DNA of 64,000 nt from Flavobacteriales bacterium. GTDB taxonomy: Bacteria > Bacteroidota > Bacteroidia > NS11-12g > UBA9320. The stretch spans positions 369,633 through 433,632 of the forward strand of contig JACJZW010000001.1 in NCBI GenBank assembly GCA_020635355.1, in the 5' to 3' direction. This document shows, one piece after another, positions 36,991-44,905 of this stretch; positions within the stretch are counted from its first letter, which is position 1, and each line of letters opens with the position of its first letter. The notes beneath the pieces were generated by a model that was not told the origin of the DNA, made no database searches, and worked only from the letters and a program-made list of their open reading frames with translations. Position numbers and translations under genes: made by a program.

Positions 36991-38646
36991 ATGAGAAATT
37001 CATTGCTGCTTGCACTGATCTCCGTTTTAACTCAACCAATCCTGGCACAGGACAAACTTACCCAACACTTCTATTTTCAGACCGACAGCTTCAACATCAC
37101 CTCCGCCCATGAAGACGGCCTGAAAAGACTTCAACGTGAACTCACGTTAAATCCCTATTACCGCATCCGTATGGATGGCAACACGGACAGCATCGGAGAT
37201 CGTTCGTACAACCTGGAACTCAGCAAAAAGCGCGTCACAAGCATTCGAAATGAACTCATCCGACGCGGCATTCGCGCCGATCGGATCAAGATGGAAGCCA
37301 AAGGTGAAGATTGGCCCCAGTTCAGCAACGCCACTGAACATGGTAAATCCAGAAACCGACGGGTGGATGTTTTTGTATTGCTCGACAAAGATTCCTGCTT
37401 CAAGGATGGCTGTGCTCAAACGTGCATACCTAAGGGAACCTTTGACCCTTATTTCACCTATGAGATCGACATCAAGTTCATCCCAATCACCAATGTGGAG
37501 CAAATGCGCACCAACAACATCTCCGCTCAAACGGTTGACGGTGGCTATCTATTTTCCAGTGGGATGATTCAGGTCATAGCAGAATACAAGGGCCGGAAGG
37601 TCTACCCAAAAAAGCCCGCCAAATTGCGTATTCCAGCCTATAAACTGGATGAGACCTTCACCATTTATGAAGGTAATTCCAGTGGGAATTCATCCGTAAA
37701 CTGGAAGGAAAGCGCCCTAAAAGCCGCCAGAGGAAACGATGGGTGCAAGTACTTTGAATTGGACGGGTCCATCATCAACCGATGGGTGAACATCGACAAA
37801 CCTCGGCCAGCCAACAACATGATCTGTTTGGATAATCCGTTTGCCTATCTGGACATGCCAGCCATTGACAGTGATACATCCAAAATTATTGATGGGGATA
37901 TTGTCTTGGCCCTTCCTCAGAACTCATTTGACTCGTCGGATCTTCAGGCGCTTCAAATCAAATCGGAACGCGTTCAAACCCTTTGCCAAATGCTGGATCT
38001 CAGAATGACCAGTATCACCGAGAACTCCTATCATTTGGGACGGGATCGCGATATTTTACATATCGACAAGTTTGAAGTAAAAGGGGTGGAAGTTGAACCT
38101 CAAATGGCGGCCTTCAACCTGTATTTTCCAGCCAAGAAAATCGCCGAAGACGCCACCTTTTACGTGGCCGAGGAGAAATCCAATGGCACGATGGAATGGA
38201 CAAACGCGGGCAAAGCCGACAGCATCTATGAAATCAAGGGGTGCGACTGCAAGTACGTGGTAAAATCATTTTCCTATCCCACCCGCTTCATTAATGTGAG
38301 TACGGAAGAACGACAGAATGAGGTAAAAACCTCACAACTATTGGTTGTAAAAAAACATCAGCCGGAGGAACTTTTTGTATACAACAAAAGCACAAAAACG
38401 CTGGAACTCATTGAACCCAATGATCAGGGAAAGTATTCCATTGACATCGGTAAACGCGCTGATAAACTGATCATCATTGGCCGTTATAAGGGTGATGACG
38501 GAGATTATGTGTTTGACAACACCCTAACCCGGTTTCGCAAACGATGGTTCCGAAATGAACGTGTGGTGAATGCCAAACACTATAGAAAGGTTGATCCACG
38601 CAAGGGTTTGAAACTTAAAAGTGTTTCATGCCGTACACGGATTTGA
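36991..38646 (+). CDS. OmpA-like (peptidoglycan-binding) domain protein with a large uncharacterised C-terminal region
   Basis: There is a signal peptide. The OmpA_C-like motif lies near the N-terminus (NTDSIGDRSYNLELSKKRVTSIRNELIRRGI...AKGED). The following ~400 aa have no recognised domain. Confidence 0.6.
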   Translation: MRNSLLLALISVLTQPILAQDKLTQHFYFQTDSFNITSAHEDGLKRLQRELTLNPYYRIRMDGNTDSIGDRSYNLELSKKRVTSIRNELIRRGIRADRIKMEAKGEDWPQFSNATEHGKSRNRRVDVFVLLDKDSCFKDGCAQTCIPKGTFDPYFTYEIDIKFIPITNVEQMRTNNISAQTVDGGYLFSSGMIQVIAEYKGRKVYPKKPAKLRIPAYKLDETFTIYEGNSSGNSSVNWKESALKAARGNDGCKYFELDGSIINRWVNIDKPRPANNMICLDNPFAYLDMPAIDSDTSKIIDGDIVLALPQNSFDSSDLQALQIKSERVQTLCQMLDLRMTSITENSYHLGRDRDILHIDKFEVKGVEVEPQMAAFNLYFPAKKIAEDATFYVAEEKSNGTMEWTNAGKADSIYEIKGCDCKYVVKSFSYPTRFINVSTEERQNEVKTSQLLVVKKHQPEELFVYNKSTKTLELIEPNDQGKYSIDIGKRADKLIIIGRYKGDDGDYVFDNTLTRFRKRWFRNERVVNAKHYRKVDPRKGLKLKSVSCRTRI

Positions 38647-39642
38647 TCACATGGCGGTGCAAAACACCCAATAGTACTTAAAGCTTGAATTGGGATCGAA
38701 AGCAACGCCCAACCCAACAAATTTGCTGGACTTGTTGAACATGTTCCGATTGTGTCCGGGGCTGTTGAACCATTGGTCATACGTACCTTCCGGATCGGAA
38801 GAGCCGGCCGCTAGATTTTCTGAATTCACGAAGGTTTCGTTATAAAAGGTCCGGATACGGGGAAAGGTGGTGCCAATTTCGCGAAGTTCCTCACCCACCC
38901 GGTCGTAACTGTTGTGACTGAAGTAGTCCTGGGTTGCCATATCAACGGCGTGATACCGAGCAGCTCGAACCAGATCTGGTTGCATTTTCAATGGATCTAA
39001 TCCCTTTTCAATGCGTGCCTTGTTGATGATTTCCAGCAGTTTCCATTCCTCGGACTCAAAGGAACCAATGGCTTTCTCATTACCCGATGGCATTCCGAAA
39101 AATGGCCCCTTAGCGTATCCATCCACCGTAAACTTGGTTGCCTCATCGTAAACTACGTCTGCTGACGCTGGTGTTGATGCCAGTTCACTAACCTGAGCAT
39201 TCTTGAGTCGGCCATACTTCGACGAGATCAAATCAAACCGTTCGATTTCACCCGAAGCCGATAGAACCTTTGCCATTTCCTGATACAGACTGTCGATCTG
39301 CTCCCGACTCTCATCCCACTTCAAGCGAGCAGTAAGACCAGCATTGCCATATCGCTCAAATTTTCGGGCGTGTGAAAGGCATCTGCTAAAATTTCGGTAC
39401 GCATTTCGTGCGGAGGTGTCTGACGAAATAAGTTGAAGATAGTAATCCGCCAAATAGTAATTCGCCACTGGATTGGTGGCATTGCGAGCAATCTTTTTAG
39501 ATGCGTACCTGTAGAGGGAGAACGCACCAGCCGACTTCTTTTTCTCGAATCGCTTGATCTGCGTTTCCGTGGAGGGATGCCATACAGGCCGAGGCATAGA
39601 ATTGGCACCGGAATACAGCGCAACTAAAAAGACAGTTATCAT
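38647..39642 (-). CDS. CAP/SCP/PR-1 domain secreted protein
   Basis: The C-terminal CAP domain carries MATQDYFSHNS..., ...GSSDPEGTYDQWFNSPGHNRNMF... and ...YYWVFCTAM. The N-terminal half is TPR/helical-like. The start was moved to the ATG at 39642, which precedes a hydrophobic segment. The ORF track gives 39690. Confidence 0.6.
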   Translation of the reverse strand: MITVFLVALYSGANSMPRPVWHPSTETQIKRFEKKKSAGAFSLYRYASKKIARNATNPVANYYLADYYLQLISSDTSARNAYRNFSRCLSHARKFERYGNAGLTARLKWDESREQIDSLYQEMAKVLSASGEIERFDLISSKYGRLKNAQVSELASTPASADVVYDEATKFTVDGYAKGPFFGMPSGNEKAIGSFESEEWKLLEIINKARIEKGLDPLKMQPDLVRAARYHAVDMATQDYFSHNSYDRVGEELREIGTTFPRIRTFYNETFVNSENLAAGSSDPEGTYDQWFNSPGHNRNMFNKSSKFVGLGVAFDPNSSFKYYWVFCTAM

Positions 39643-39819
39643 CCATCTTCCGAATGCACACCGTCCTGTATGGTTTACCCTGAGTTCCATGTTCGTGTTT
39701 TCACGTCAATACCTGGATAACGGGAAACGTAAACGGTTTGTGATGCGTGGTGTACTAGTTTGAGCACCTTTCTTCGAGTTGGGTGTCATGAAATCTTTGT
39801 AAATACTTCAAACCCGCAT

Positions 39820-39960
39820 AAAAAAAGCCTGAACACTGCGTGTCAGGCTTGAGAATCTGTGCACCCGAGAGGATTGCTCCCTCACCCATGCTCTGCTCCA
39901 CCCGGTCGCGAACTGCGTTTCGAACCCCGCCAACCTTCGTTCGAACCTCTCGGGAGGAAT
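39820..39960 (-). repeat. Tandem repeat copy A: pseudo-tRNA fragment (3' 16 nt of tRNA-Arg) plus terminator hairpin
   Basis: It contains TGCACCCGAGAGGATT (39860-39875), identical to the tRNA 3' end. It also contains the terminator hairpin AAGCCTGACACGCAGTGTTCAGGCTT plus a T7 run (minus strand). The ~85 bp between has TTCGAACC T-loop-like motifs but no complete tRNA fold. Confidence 0.8.
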
Positions 39961-40104
39961 AAAAAAAGCCTGAACACTGCGTGTCAGGCTTGAAAATCTG
40001 TGCACCCGAGAGGATTGCTCCCTCACCCATGCCCTGCTCCACCCGGTCGCGAACTGCGTTTCGAACCCCGCCAACCTTCGTTCGAACCTCTCGGGAAAAA
40101 CCAT
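39961..40104 (-). repeat. Tandem repeat copy B (about 97% identical to copy A)
   Basis: It has the same structure as copy A. TGCACCCGAGAGGATT lies at 40001-40016. Confidence 0.8.
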
Positions 40105-40135
40105 AAAAAAAGCCTAAACACTGCGTGTCAGGCTT
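40105..40135 (-). terminator. Rho-independent terminator of the tRNA gene
   Basis: On the minus strand the hairpin is AAGCCTGACACGCAGTGTTTAGGCTT followed by TTTTTTT. Confidence 0.75.
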
Positions 40136-40144
40136 GAAAATCTG

Positions 40145-40218
40145 TGCACCCGAGAGGATTCGAACCCCTAACCCCCAGAGCCGAAATCTGGTATTCTATC
40201 CAGTTGAACTACGGGTGC
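40145..40218 (-). tRNA. tRNA-Arg (anticodon UCG read from the sequence)
   Basis: A manual cloverleaf was built from GCACCCGTAGTTCAACTGGATAGAATACCAGATTTCGGCTCTGGGGGTTAGGGGTTCGAATCCTCTCGGGTGCA. It has a 7-bp acceptor stem, a D-arm GTTC/GAAT, an anticodon stem CCAGA/TCTGG with loop TTTCGGC (anticodon TCG), a TTCGAAT T-loop and discriminator A. CCA is not encoded. Confidence 0.75.
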
Positions 40219-40229
40219 ATTGAGGGGTG

Positions 40230-40237
40230 CAAAATTA
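40230..40237 (-). promoter_or_regulatory. -7 box TAATTTTG for the tRNA gene
   Basis: The minus-strand TAATTTTG lies 11 nt upstream of the tRNA 5' end. Confidence 0.45.
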
Positions 40238-40374
40238 GTGGAATTACCATTTAATTTCTGATGAACGCTCAAATAAAAAAATCATTCTCTGGACTTGTAG
40301 CATTTGAGCATAAATCATCTCTTAACCTGATGAAGGTTTATGGTATATCCGTAGGGAATGGATTGATTTGCACC

Positions 40375-41322
40375 ATGACAAAACGGGATCATCTCCTTGA
40401 ACAATTGGATCAGAAGTATCAATCCATTGGTCAAAATACCGACACCCACCTGAGTGGCTTACTGCATTCACGCCCCATCACCTACTGGGATTACATAATG
40501 ACGGATGCCCTCCTCAATTTGCAAATCACGCGTACCAACCAACCTGATGAACTGGTGTTCATCATGTATCATCAGATCAATGAACTTCTGTTCAAGATGA
40601 TCCTCTCCGAGATTCAGCAGGTGGCCTTTAAGGAGGATTTAAGTCCGGAATTCTTTGCGGAACGACTGGAACGCATCAGCAGGTACTTTGATATGTTGTC
40701 GTCCTCGTTCTCCATCATGCAAAAAGGCATGGAAGTGGAACAGTACTTGAAATTTCGGGATACCCTAACGCCTGCAAGCGGATTTCAAAGCGCCCAGTAC
40801 CGTATGGTGGAGTTTGCCTCTACGGAGTTAATTAACCTGATTGATAATCGGTTTAGAAAGACCATAAATCGTGATACGCCCTTCAAGCATGCCTATGACC
40901 ATCTGTACTGGCAGGCTGCCGGAAAAAACCATGAGACCGGCGAAAAATCCACGCTGTTACAGCTGTTTGAAAAGCGCTATCTGGATGATTTTATCGTGTT
41001 CATGCAGACGTATAACACCCGAAATTTATGGTCCACCTACAAGGCTTTACCGGTCTCAACTCAAAATGATCTGACCTTGAAAAATGCCATGCGCCACTAT
41101 GATCACACCGTGAATGTTCGATGGGTAATGGCACACTATCACGCTGCAGAACGTTACCTAGAATACGGTGGTAAATCGGCTGAAGCAACTGGCGGTAGCG
41201 TTTGGAAAAAATACATGCACCCGAAAACCCAACGTCGCATCTTTTTCCCTGATCTATGGAGTGCGGAAGAATTGGAAAACTGGGGAATTACGAATTTGGA
41301 TGGGTATGAGAAGTTGATTTAA
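40375..41322 (+). CDS. kynA: Tryptophan 2,3-dioxygenase
   Basis: The TDO core blocks are present: ITYWDYIMTDALLNLQ and DELVFIMYHQINELLFKMILSEI (compare TDO YGxYLxLDxLLxAQ and HDEHLFIIxHQxxELWFK). The start is uncertain. The ATG at 40375 gives ~34 aa before the first conserved block. The ATG at 40261 gives 353 aa. Confidence 0.65.
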   Translation: MTKRDHLLEQLDQKYQSIGQNTDTHLSGLLHSRPITYWDYIMTDALLNLQITRTNQPDELVFIMYHQINELLFKMILSEIQQVAFKEDLSPEFFAERLERISRYFDMLSSSFSIMQKGMEVEQYLKFRDTLTPASGFQSAQYRMVEFASTELINLIDNRFRKTINRDTPFKHAYDHLYWQAAGKNHETGEKSTLLQLFEKRYLDDFIVFMQTYNTRNLWSTYKALPVSTQNDLTLKNAMRHYDHTVNVRWVMAHYHAAERYLEYGGKSAEATGGSVWKKYMHPKTQRRIFFPDLWSAEELENWGITNLDGYEKLI

Positions 41323-41325
41323 CGG

Positions 41326-41397
41326 TTCAGAAGTTCAAGGGTTCAGAGGTTCAGTAGTTCAAGGGTTCAAGAGTTCAAGAGTTCAGAGGTTTGTGTT
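41326..41397 (+). repeat. (GTTCARRG)n octamer tandem array, ~9 units
   Basis: The array is ggttcaga agttcaag ggttcaga ggttcagt agttcaag ggttcaag agttcaag agttcaga ggtttgtg. It lies directly after the TDO stop. Confidence 0.9.
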
Positions 41398-41418
41398 AGG
41401 ACTCCGTACTCCGTAATC

Positions 41419-41445
41419 TCGAATCCCGAATCCCGAATCCCGAAT
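41419..41445 (-). repeat. (GGGATTC)n array on the minus strand (3 G-triplets), preceded by 2x ACTCCGT
   Basis: The plus strand reads tctcgaatcccgaatcccgaatcccgaatc. It abuts the pirin gene 3' end. Confidence 0.85.
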
Positions 41446-42585
41446 CTATCCCTTCTCCTCCAATCTGCCATCCGCATGTTTGGCAAATCGCCCGCGTTCC
41501 CGGTCATGAACCTGATCTGTTCTGGGCCATGGCCAACCACCAAATTTGGTGTCGTGATAATCCTGAAACGCCTTATTGATTTCCTCCTTGGTATTCATCA
41601 CAAACGGGCCATACTGAATAACCGGTTCGCCAATTGGCCTACCTTGTAGCATTAAAATTTGTGATTCATGATCCGGATTCGCGATTGTTAGATCATGTGT
41701 TGGATCCACCCGAATTTCGTGGTATTTAGGAATGGTCTCCCCGGCAATGGTGATTTGTTCACCCTCATAGAAATACAGCATTCGATTCACCCCTTCCACG
41801 GATTTTGGTAAGGTCCAGGTAGCCCCAGGCTCGAGGGTAATGTTCCAAATAGCAATGTGATTATTCACCTCAGATGCCCAGGAATTGGGAGGTGGCGATG
41901 GTGCCTTATGCGTATCCAATTTGCCGGCAATAACCTCAACGGTGGTTTTCTTTCCATTGGCATCGGTATGTTGGTAGTTGGGAATGCTATCATTCCATAG
42001 CATCTTGAAATGTGCATCCACCATTTTGTTCTTCTTCGGAAGGTTCAGCCAAATTTGAAACAGTTCCAATGGGTTGTCTTGATCCTTCTTAATGAGAGGA
42101 AACATTTCGGAGTGCTGCACGCCTCCACCAGCCGTCATCCACTGTACATCCCCATTTCCATATCTTCCGGCAGCGCCTAACGAATCGGCGTGATCCACGA
42201 TGCCCTTTCGAACCACCGTTACGGTTTCAAAACCACGATGAGGATGGCCGGGAAAACCCGGTACCGACTTTCCGTGGTACATTCGGAATCCATCCTTGAT
42301 GATGAAGTCGTCGCCTAAATGTCGGCCCACATGGTGCTTTGGATCCGGAGCCATTTGATCATTTCCATTTGGGAAGTAATCTTCATGATGCACGCAGAAA
42401 AGAAACGGATCCAGGGTGTCCCATTGGAATCCCAGTGCCTTCATTCCCAAAACAGATTTTTTGTTGGCATCCGGATTGGAATCATCGGACCCAAAAATCT
42501 TCCCTAAACCTTGAAAAGGTGTCCACAGTAATGCGGAGGCTCCAAGGGTAAGCTTGCTCAAAAAAGATCGTCTGTTTGCCGCCAT
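41446..42585 (-). CDS. Pirin-family bicupin (quercetin 2,3-dioxygenase-like) with a Tat signal peptide
   Basis: The pirin N-domain motif is present (GFPGHPHRGFETVTVVRKG...GDVQWMTAGGGVQHSE). A twin-arginine signal is present (MAANRRSFLSKLTLGASALLW). The start was moved to the ATG at 42585. The ORF track gives 42744. Confidence 0.8.
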   Translation of the reverse strand: MAANRRSFLSKLTLGASALLWTPFQGLGKIFGSDDSNPDANKKSVLGMKALGFQWDTLDPFLFCVHHEDYFPNGNDQMAPDPKHHVGRHLGDDFIIKDGFRMYHGKSVPGFPGHPHRGFETVTVVRKGIVDHADSLGAAGRYGNGDVQWMTAGGGVQHSEMFPLIKKDQDNPLELFQIWLNLPKKNKMVDAHFKMLWNDSIPNYQHTDANGKKTTVEVIAGKLDTHKAPSPPPNSWASEVNNHIAIWNITLEPGATWTLPKSVEGVNRMLYFYEGEQITIAGETIPKYHEIRVDPTHDLTIANPDHESQILMLQGRPIGEPVIQYGPFVMNTKEEINKAFQDYHDTKFGGWPWPRTDQVHDRERGRFAKHADGRLEEKG

Positions 42586-42718
42586 AATCGTTTGAGGAAT
42601 GTAACAAATTAAGTGAATAATTGATTGCCCAAAAGCAACACGGATTTCGAGAAAACTAACAGGCATAAAAAAAGCCCCCAATACAATTGGAGGCCTATTA
42701 AAAGATTGTATAAAAACG

Positions 42719-43378
42719 CTATAGGGTCTCGTCGTACCCTCCATTTTTAGGCTCCAGATCTCCGGTGATGATCATAATCAGGTCGATCAGGGTCCACACA
42801 CCAAAACCACCTAAGGTGAGCAACTGAATCACGCCAATTACCGGATATCCCAGGTAGAATCGGTGAATACCCAAGGTTCCCACGAAGATACAAAGCAACA
42901 AGGCCACCAATTGACTCTTTCCTCCAGAGCTTGGTGATGACTTTTTGGATTTTACTTTGACGTCGGACTTGTTGTGCTCTTTCTTCAAAGCTCGTTTAAA
43001 GTTCTTCATCGGTGCAAAAACCTGGGCTTTTGAAGCTGCAGGGGTTTCAGACACTTGGGCCACCGGAGCCTCTGCCTGGGCTGACTCCATCTTAACCGTA
43101 TTGGTTTTGATTGGTGCAACTGCCGTCATTTCAGGTGCCGAGGTAGACCGAGTCTCCAGGGTATTCAAAGCATCCTCGCGAACCGTTAAGGTTTGTTCGA
43201 GTTGCTTTTGCTTGAGCGCGAAGGCATACGTCTTCTGCTCCTTTTTTTGTTTGTGTTTGTGCGTTACGGCTTTCTCCTTGTATCGTCTGGTTTGAACATA
43301 ACCGTTGCGTTTAACGGTTGAACAAGAAGCGAAGACCAGCATGGCCAGCAATAGATAGGTTAGGTTTTTAAGTTTCAT
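42719..43378 (-). CDS. TM2-domain lipoprotein with a low-complexity linker
   Basis: There is a lipoprotein signal (MKLKNLTYLLLAMLVFASCS). A K/E/A-rich linker follows. The C-terminal TM2 domain reads LVALLLCIFVGTLGIHRFYLGYPVIGVIQLLTLGGFGVWTLIDLIMI. Confidence 0.65.
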   Translation of the reverse strand: MKLKNLTYLLLAMLVFASCSTVKRNGYVQTRRYKEKAVTHKHKQKKEQKTYAFALKQKQLEQTLTVREDALNTLETRSTSAPEMTAVAPIKTNTVKMESAQAEAPVAQVSETPAASKAQVFAPMKNFKRALKKEHNKSDVKVKSKKSSPSSGGKSQLVALLLCIFVGTLGIHRFYLGYPVIGVIQLLTLGGFGVWTLIDLIMIITGDLEPKNGGYDETL

Positions 43379-43434
43379 AGGTTAAATGTTTTAGGTGATG
43401 CAAAATAGTAAAATGTGTGAGCAAATCACAGTGC

Positions 43435-44838
43435 TCAGAAGATTTTACCGGGATTGAGAATGCCATTTGGATCAAACGATTTCTTAATCAATCGCATCAA
43501 ATCCAATTGCTTTTCAGATAGAACCTCGGTCATGTATTTGCGCTGGACATAACCAATTCCATGCTCCCCGCTAATGGTTCCTCCCAGCTCCTTACACAAG
43601 CGAAATAGTTCCCGGATTCCGGATTCCAGATGAGGACCGTTCCATTCCTCATCGGACATGTCATTCTTCAAGATATTCACATGAAGATTTCCATCCCCTG
43701 CGTGACCATAGCAAACGGATTCAAACCCATATTTCCGCCCAATTTCCTTCACGCCTGTCATCAATCTCGGCAACTCTGCCCGTTTCACCACTGTATCTTC
43801 CTCTTTATAGACGGACTTGGCTTTTACCACCTCCCCGATACTCTTCCGGATGCGCCACCATCGATCCTTTTGTTCGGCCGTATCGGCGAGTTGTACCTCC
43901 AACACCCGATGATTCTCCAGCATCGCATAGATCGATTCCGCATCAGGATATAAATCGTCCAATGCCTTTCCATCCAGTTCAATTAACAGAAGTGCCTCAG
44001 CATTATGAATCGTTGGATTGGCCAATTGCAGATGGTCACAGGCAATGTGTACGCCGGATTGTTCCATCAATTCCATGGCCGATGGAGTGATCCCGGATTT
44101 CATGATATCCGCTACCGCCTCGCATGCCTGAACAGCATCGTCAAATTGAGCCAACATGAGCAAATCGGCCTTCGGTTTTGCCAATAAACGGACCACAATC
44201 TTCGTCACCACCCCAAGTGTTCCCTCGCTGCCTATCATCAGTTGAGTCAGGTTATATCCTGTGGAATACTTCAAGGTATCTGCTCCGGTCCAAATCACCG
44301 ATCCATCCGCCAATACCACTTCCAAATTCAGTATGTAATCCCGCGTAACGCCATATTTAACTGCTTTCGGTCCCCCACTGTTATGCGCGACATTGCCACC
44401 TAAAAAACACGACCCTCTACTGGCCGGGTCAGGAGGATAAAACAGATCAATGGCCTCCACATGATCCCGAAAAACCTGGTTGATGACACCCGGTTCAACC
44501 GTTGCCTGCAAACTGGAAGTATCCACATTGAGAATCCGGTTAAAGCGCTCCATGGATAAACCTACCCCACCAAATACGGGCAAACAGCCACCGCTTAATC
44601 CGGTTCCCGCACCTCTAGGTGTCACTGGAATATGGTGCTGATTGCAGTAACTTAGAATGGCAGACACGTCTTCCACTGAGTCCGGAAGGAGAACGATATC
44701 GGGAAGAAATTCAAGATCCTCGGTGTAGTCGCGTGCGTATACCTTTCGATCCGGTAAAGCGACCCGCACATTTTCCAATCCCAGGGTCTGTATAAACCAC
44801 TCTTGATGTGCATCTGTCCAAATTCCTGATTCACTCAT
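43435..44838 (-). CDS. FAD-linked oxidase (GlcD / D-lactate dehydrogenase family: FAD_binding_4 + FAD-oxidase_C)
   Basis: The PCMH-type FAD-binding region is present (VTPRGAGTGLSGGCLPVFGGVGLSMERFNRIL). The C-terminal block GGTISGEHGIGYVQRKYM is present. The start was moved to the ATG at 44838 (MSESGIWTD...). Confidence 0.75.
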   Translation of the reverse strand: MSESGIWTDAHQEWFIQTLGLENVRVALPDRKVYARDYTEDLEFLPDIVLLPDSVEDVSAILSYCNQHHIPVTPRGAGTGLSGGCLPVFGGVGLSMERFNRILNVDTSSLQATVEPGVINQVFRDHVEAIDLFYPPDPASRGSCFLGGNVAHNSGGPKAVKYGVTRDYILNLEVVLADGSVIWTGADTLKYSTGYNLTQLMIGSEGTLGVVTKIVVRLLAKPKADLLMLAQFDDAVQACEAVADIMKSGITPSAMELMEQSGVHIACDHLQLANPTIHNAEALLLIELDGKALDDLYPDAESIYAMLENHRVLEVQLADTAEQKDRWWRIRKSIGEVVKAKSVYKEEDTVVKRAELPRLMTGVKEIGRKYGFESVCYGHAGDGNLHVNILKNDMSDEEWNGPHLESGIRELFRLCKELGGTISGEHGIGYVQRKYMTEVLSEKQLDLMRLIKKSFDPNGILNPGKIF

Positions 44839-44905
44839 ACCTAATCCGTCAGTTTTGCTGTGCGTTCGCACGCAAAATACGTAATATTGAAGCCAAATAA
44901 GAACG

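Noticed and set aside
39755-40104. ORFs 39755-40042 (-) and 39808-40104 (-) from the six-frame track
   Set aside because: They lie entirely within the tandem tRNA-derived repeats. The two share near-identical peptide segments generated by the repeat. They have no start context and are translation artefacts.
39820-40218. Integrated prophage or ICE at the tRNA-Arg gene
   Set aside because: Duplicated tRNA 3' ends are present. No integrase, excisionase or phage/conjugation genes occur on either side within the window. The neighbours are the CAP-domain gene and the TDO gene. At most this is a fossil att scar.
40261-40374. Longer N-terminal extension of the TDO gene starting at the ATG at 40261
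   Set aside because: The first conserved TDO block lies 73 residues after that ATG, against ~20-35 in bacterial TDOs. The ATG at 40375 gives a typical length. The upstream ATG is kept as an alternative because no decisive promoter box distinguishes them.
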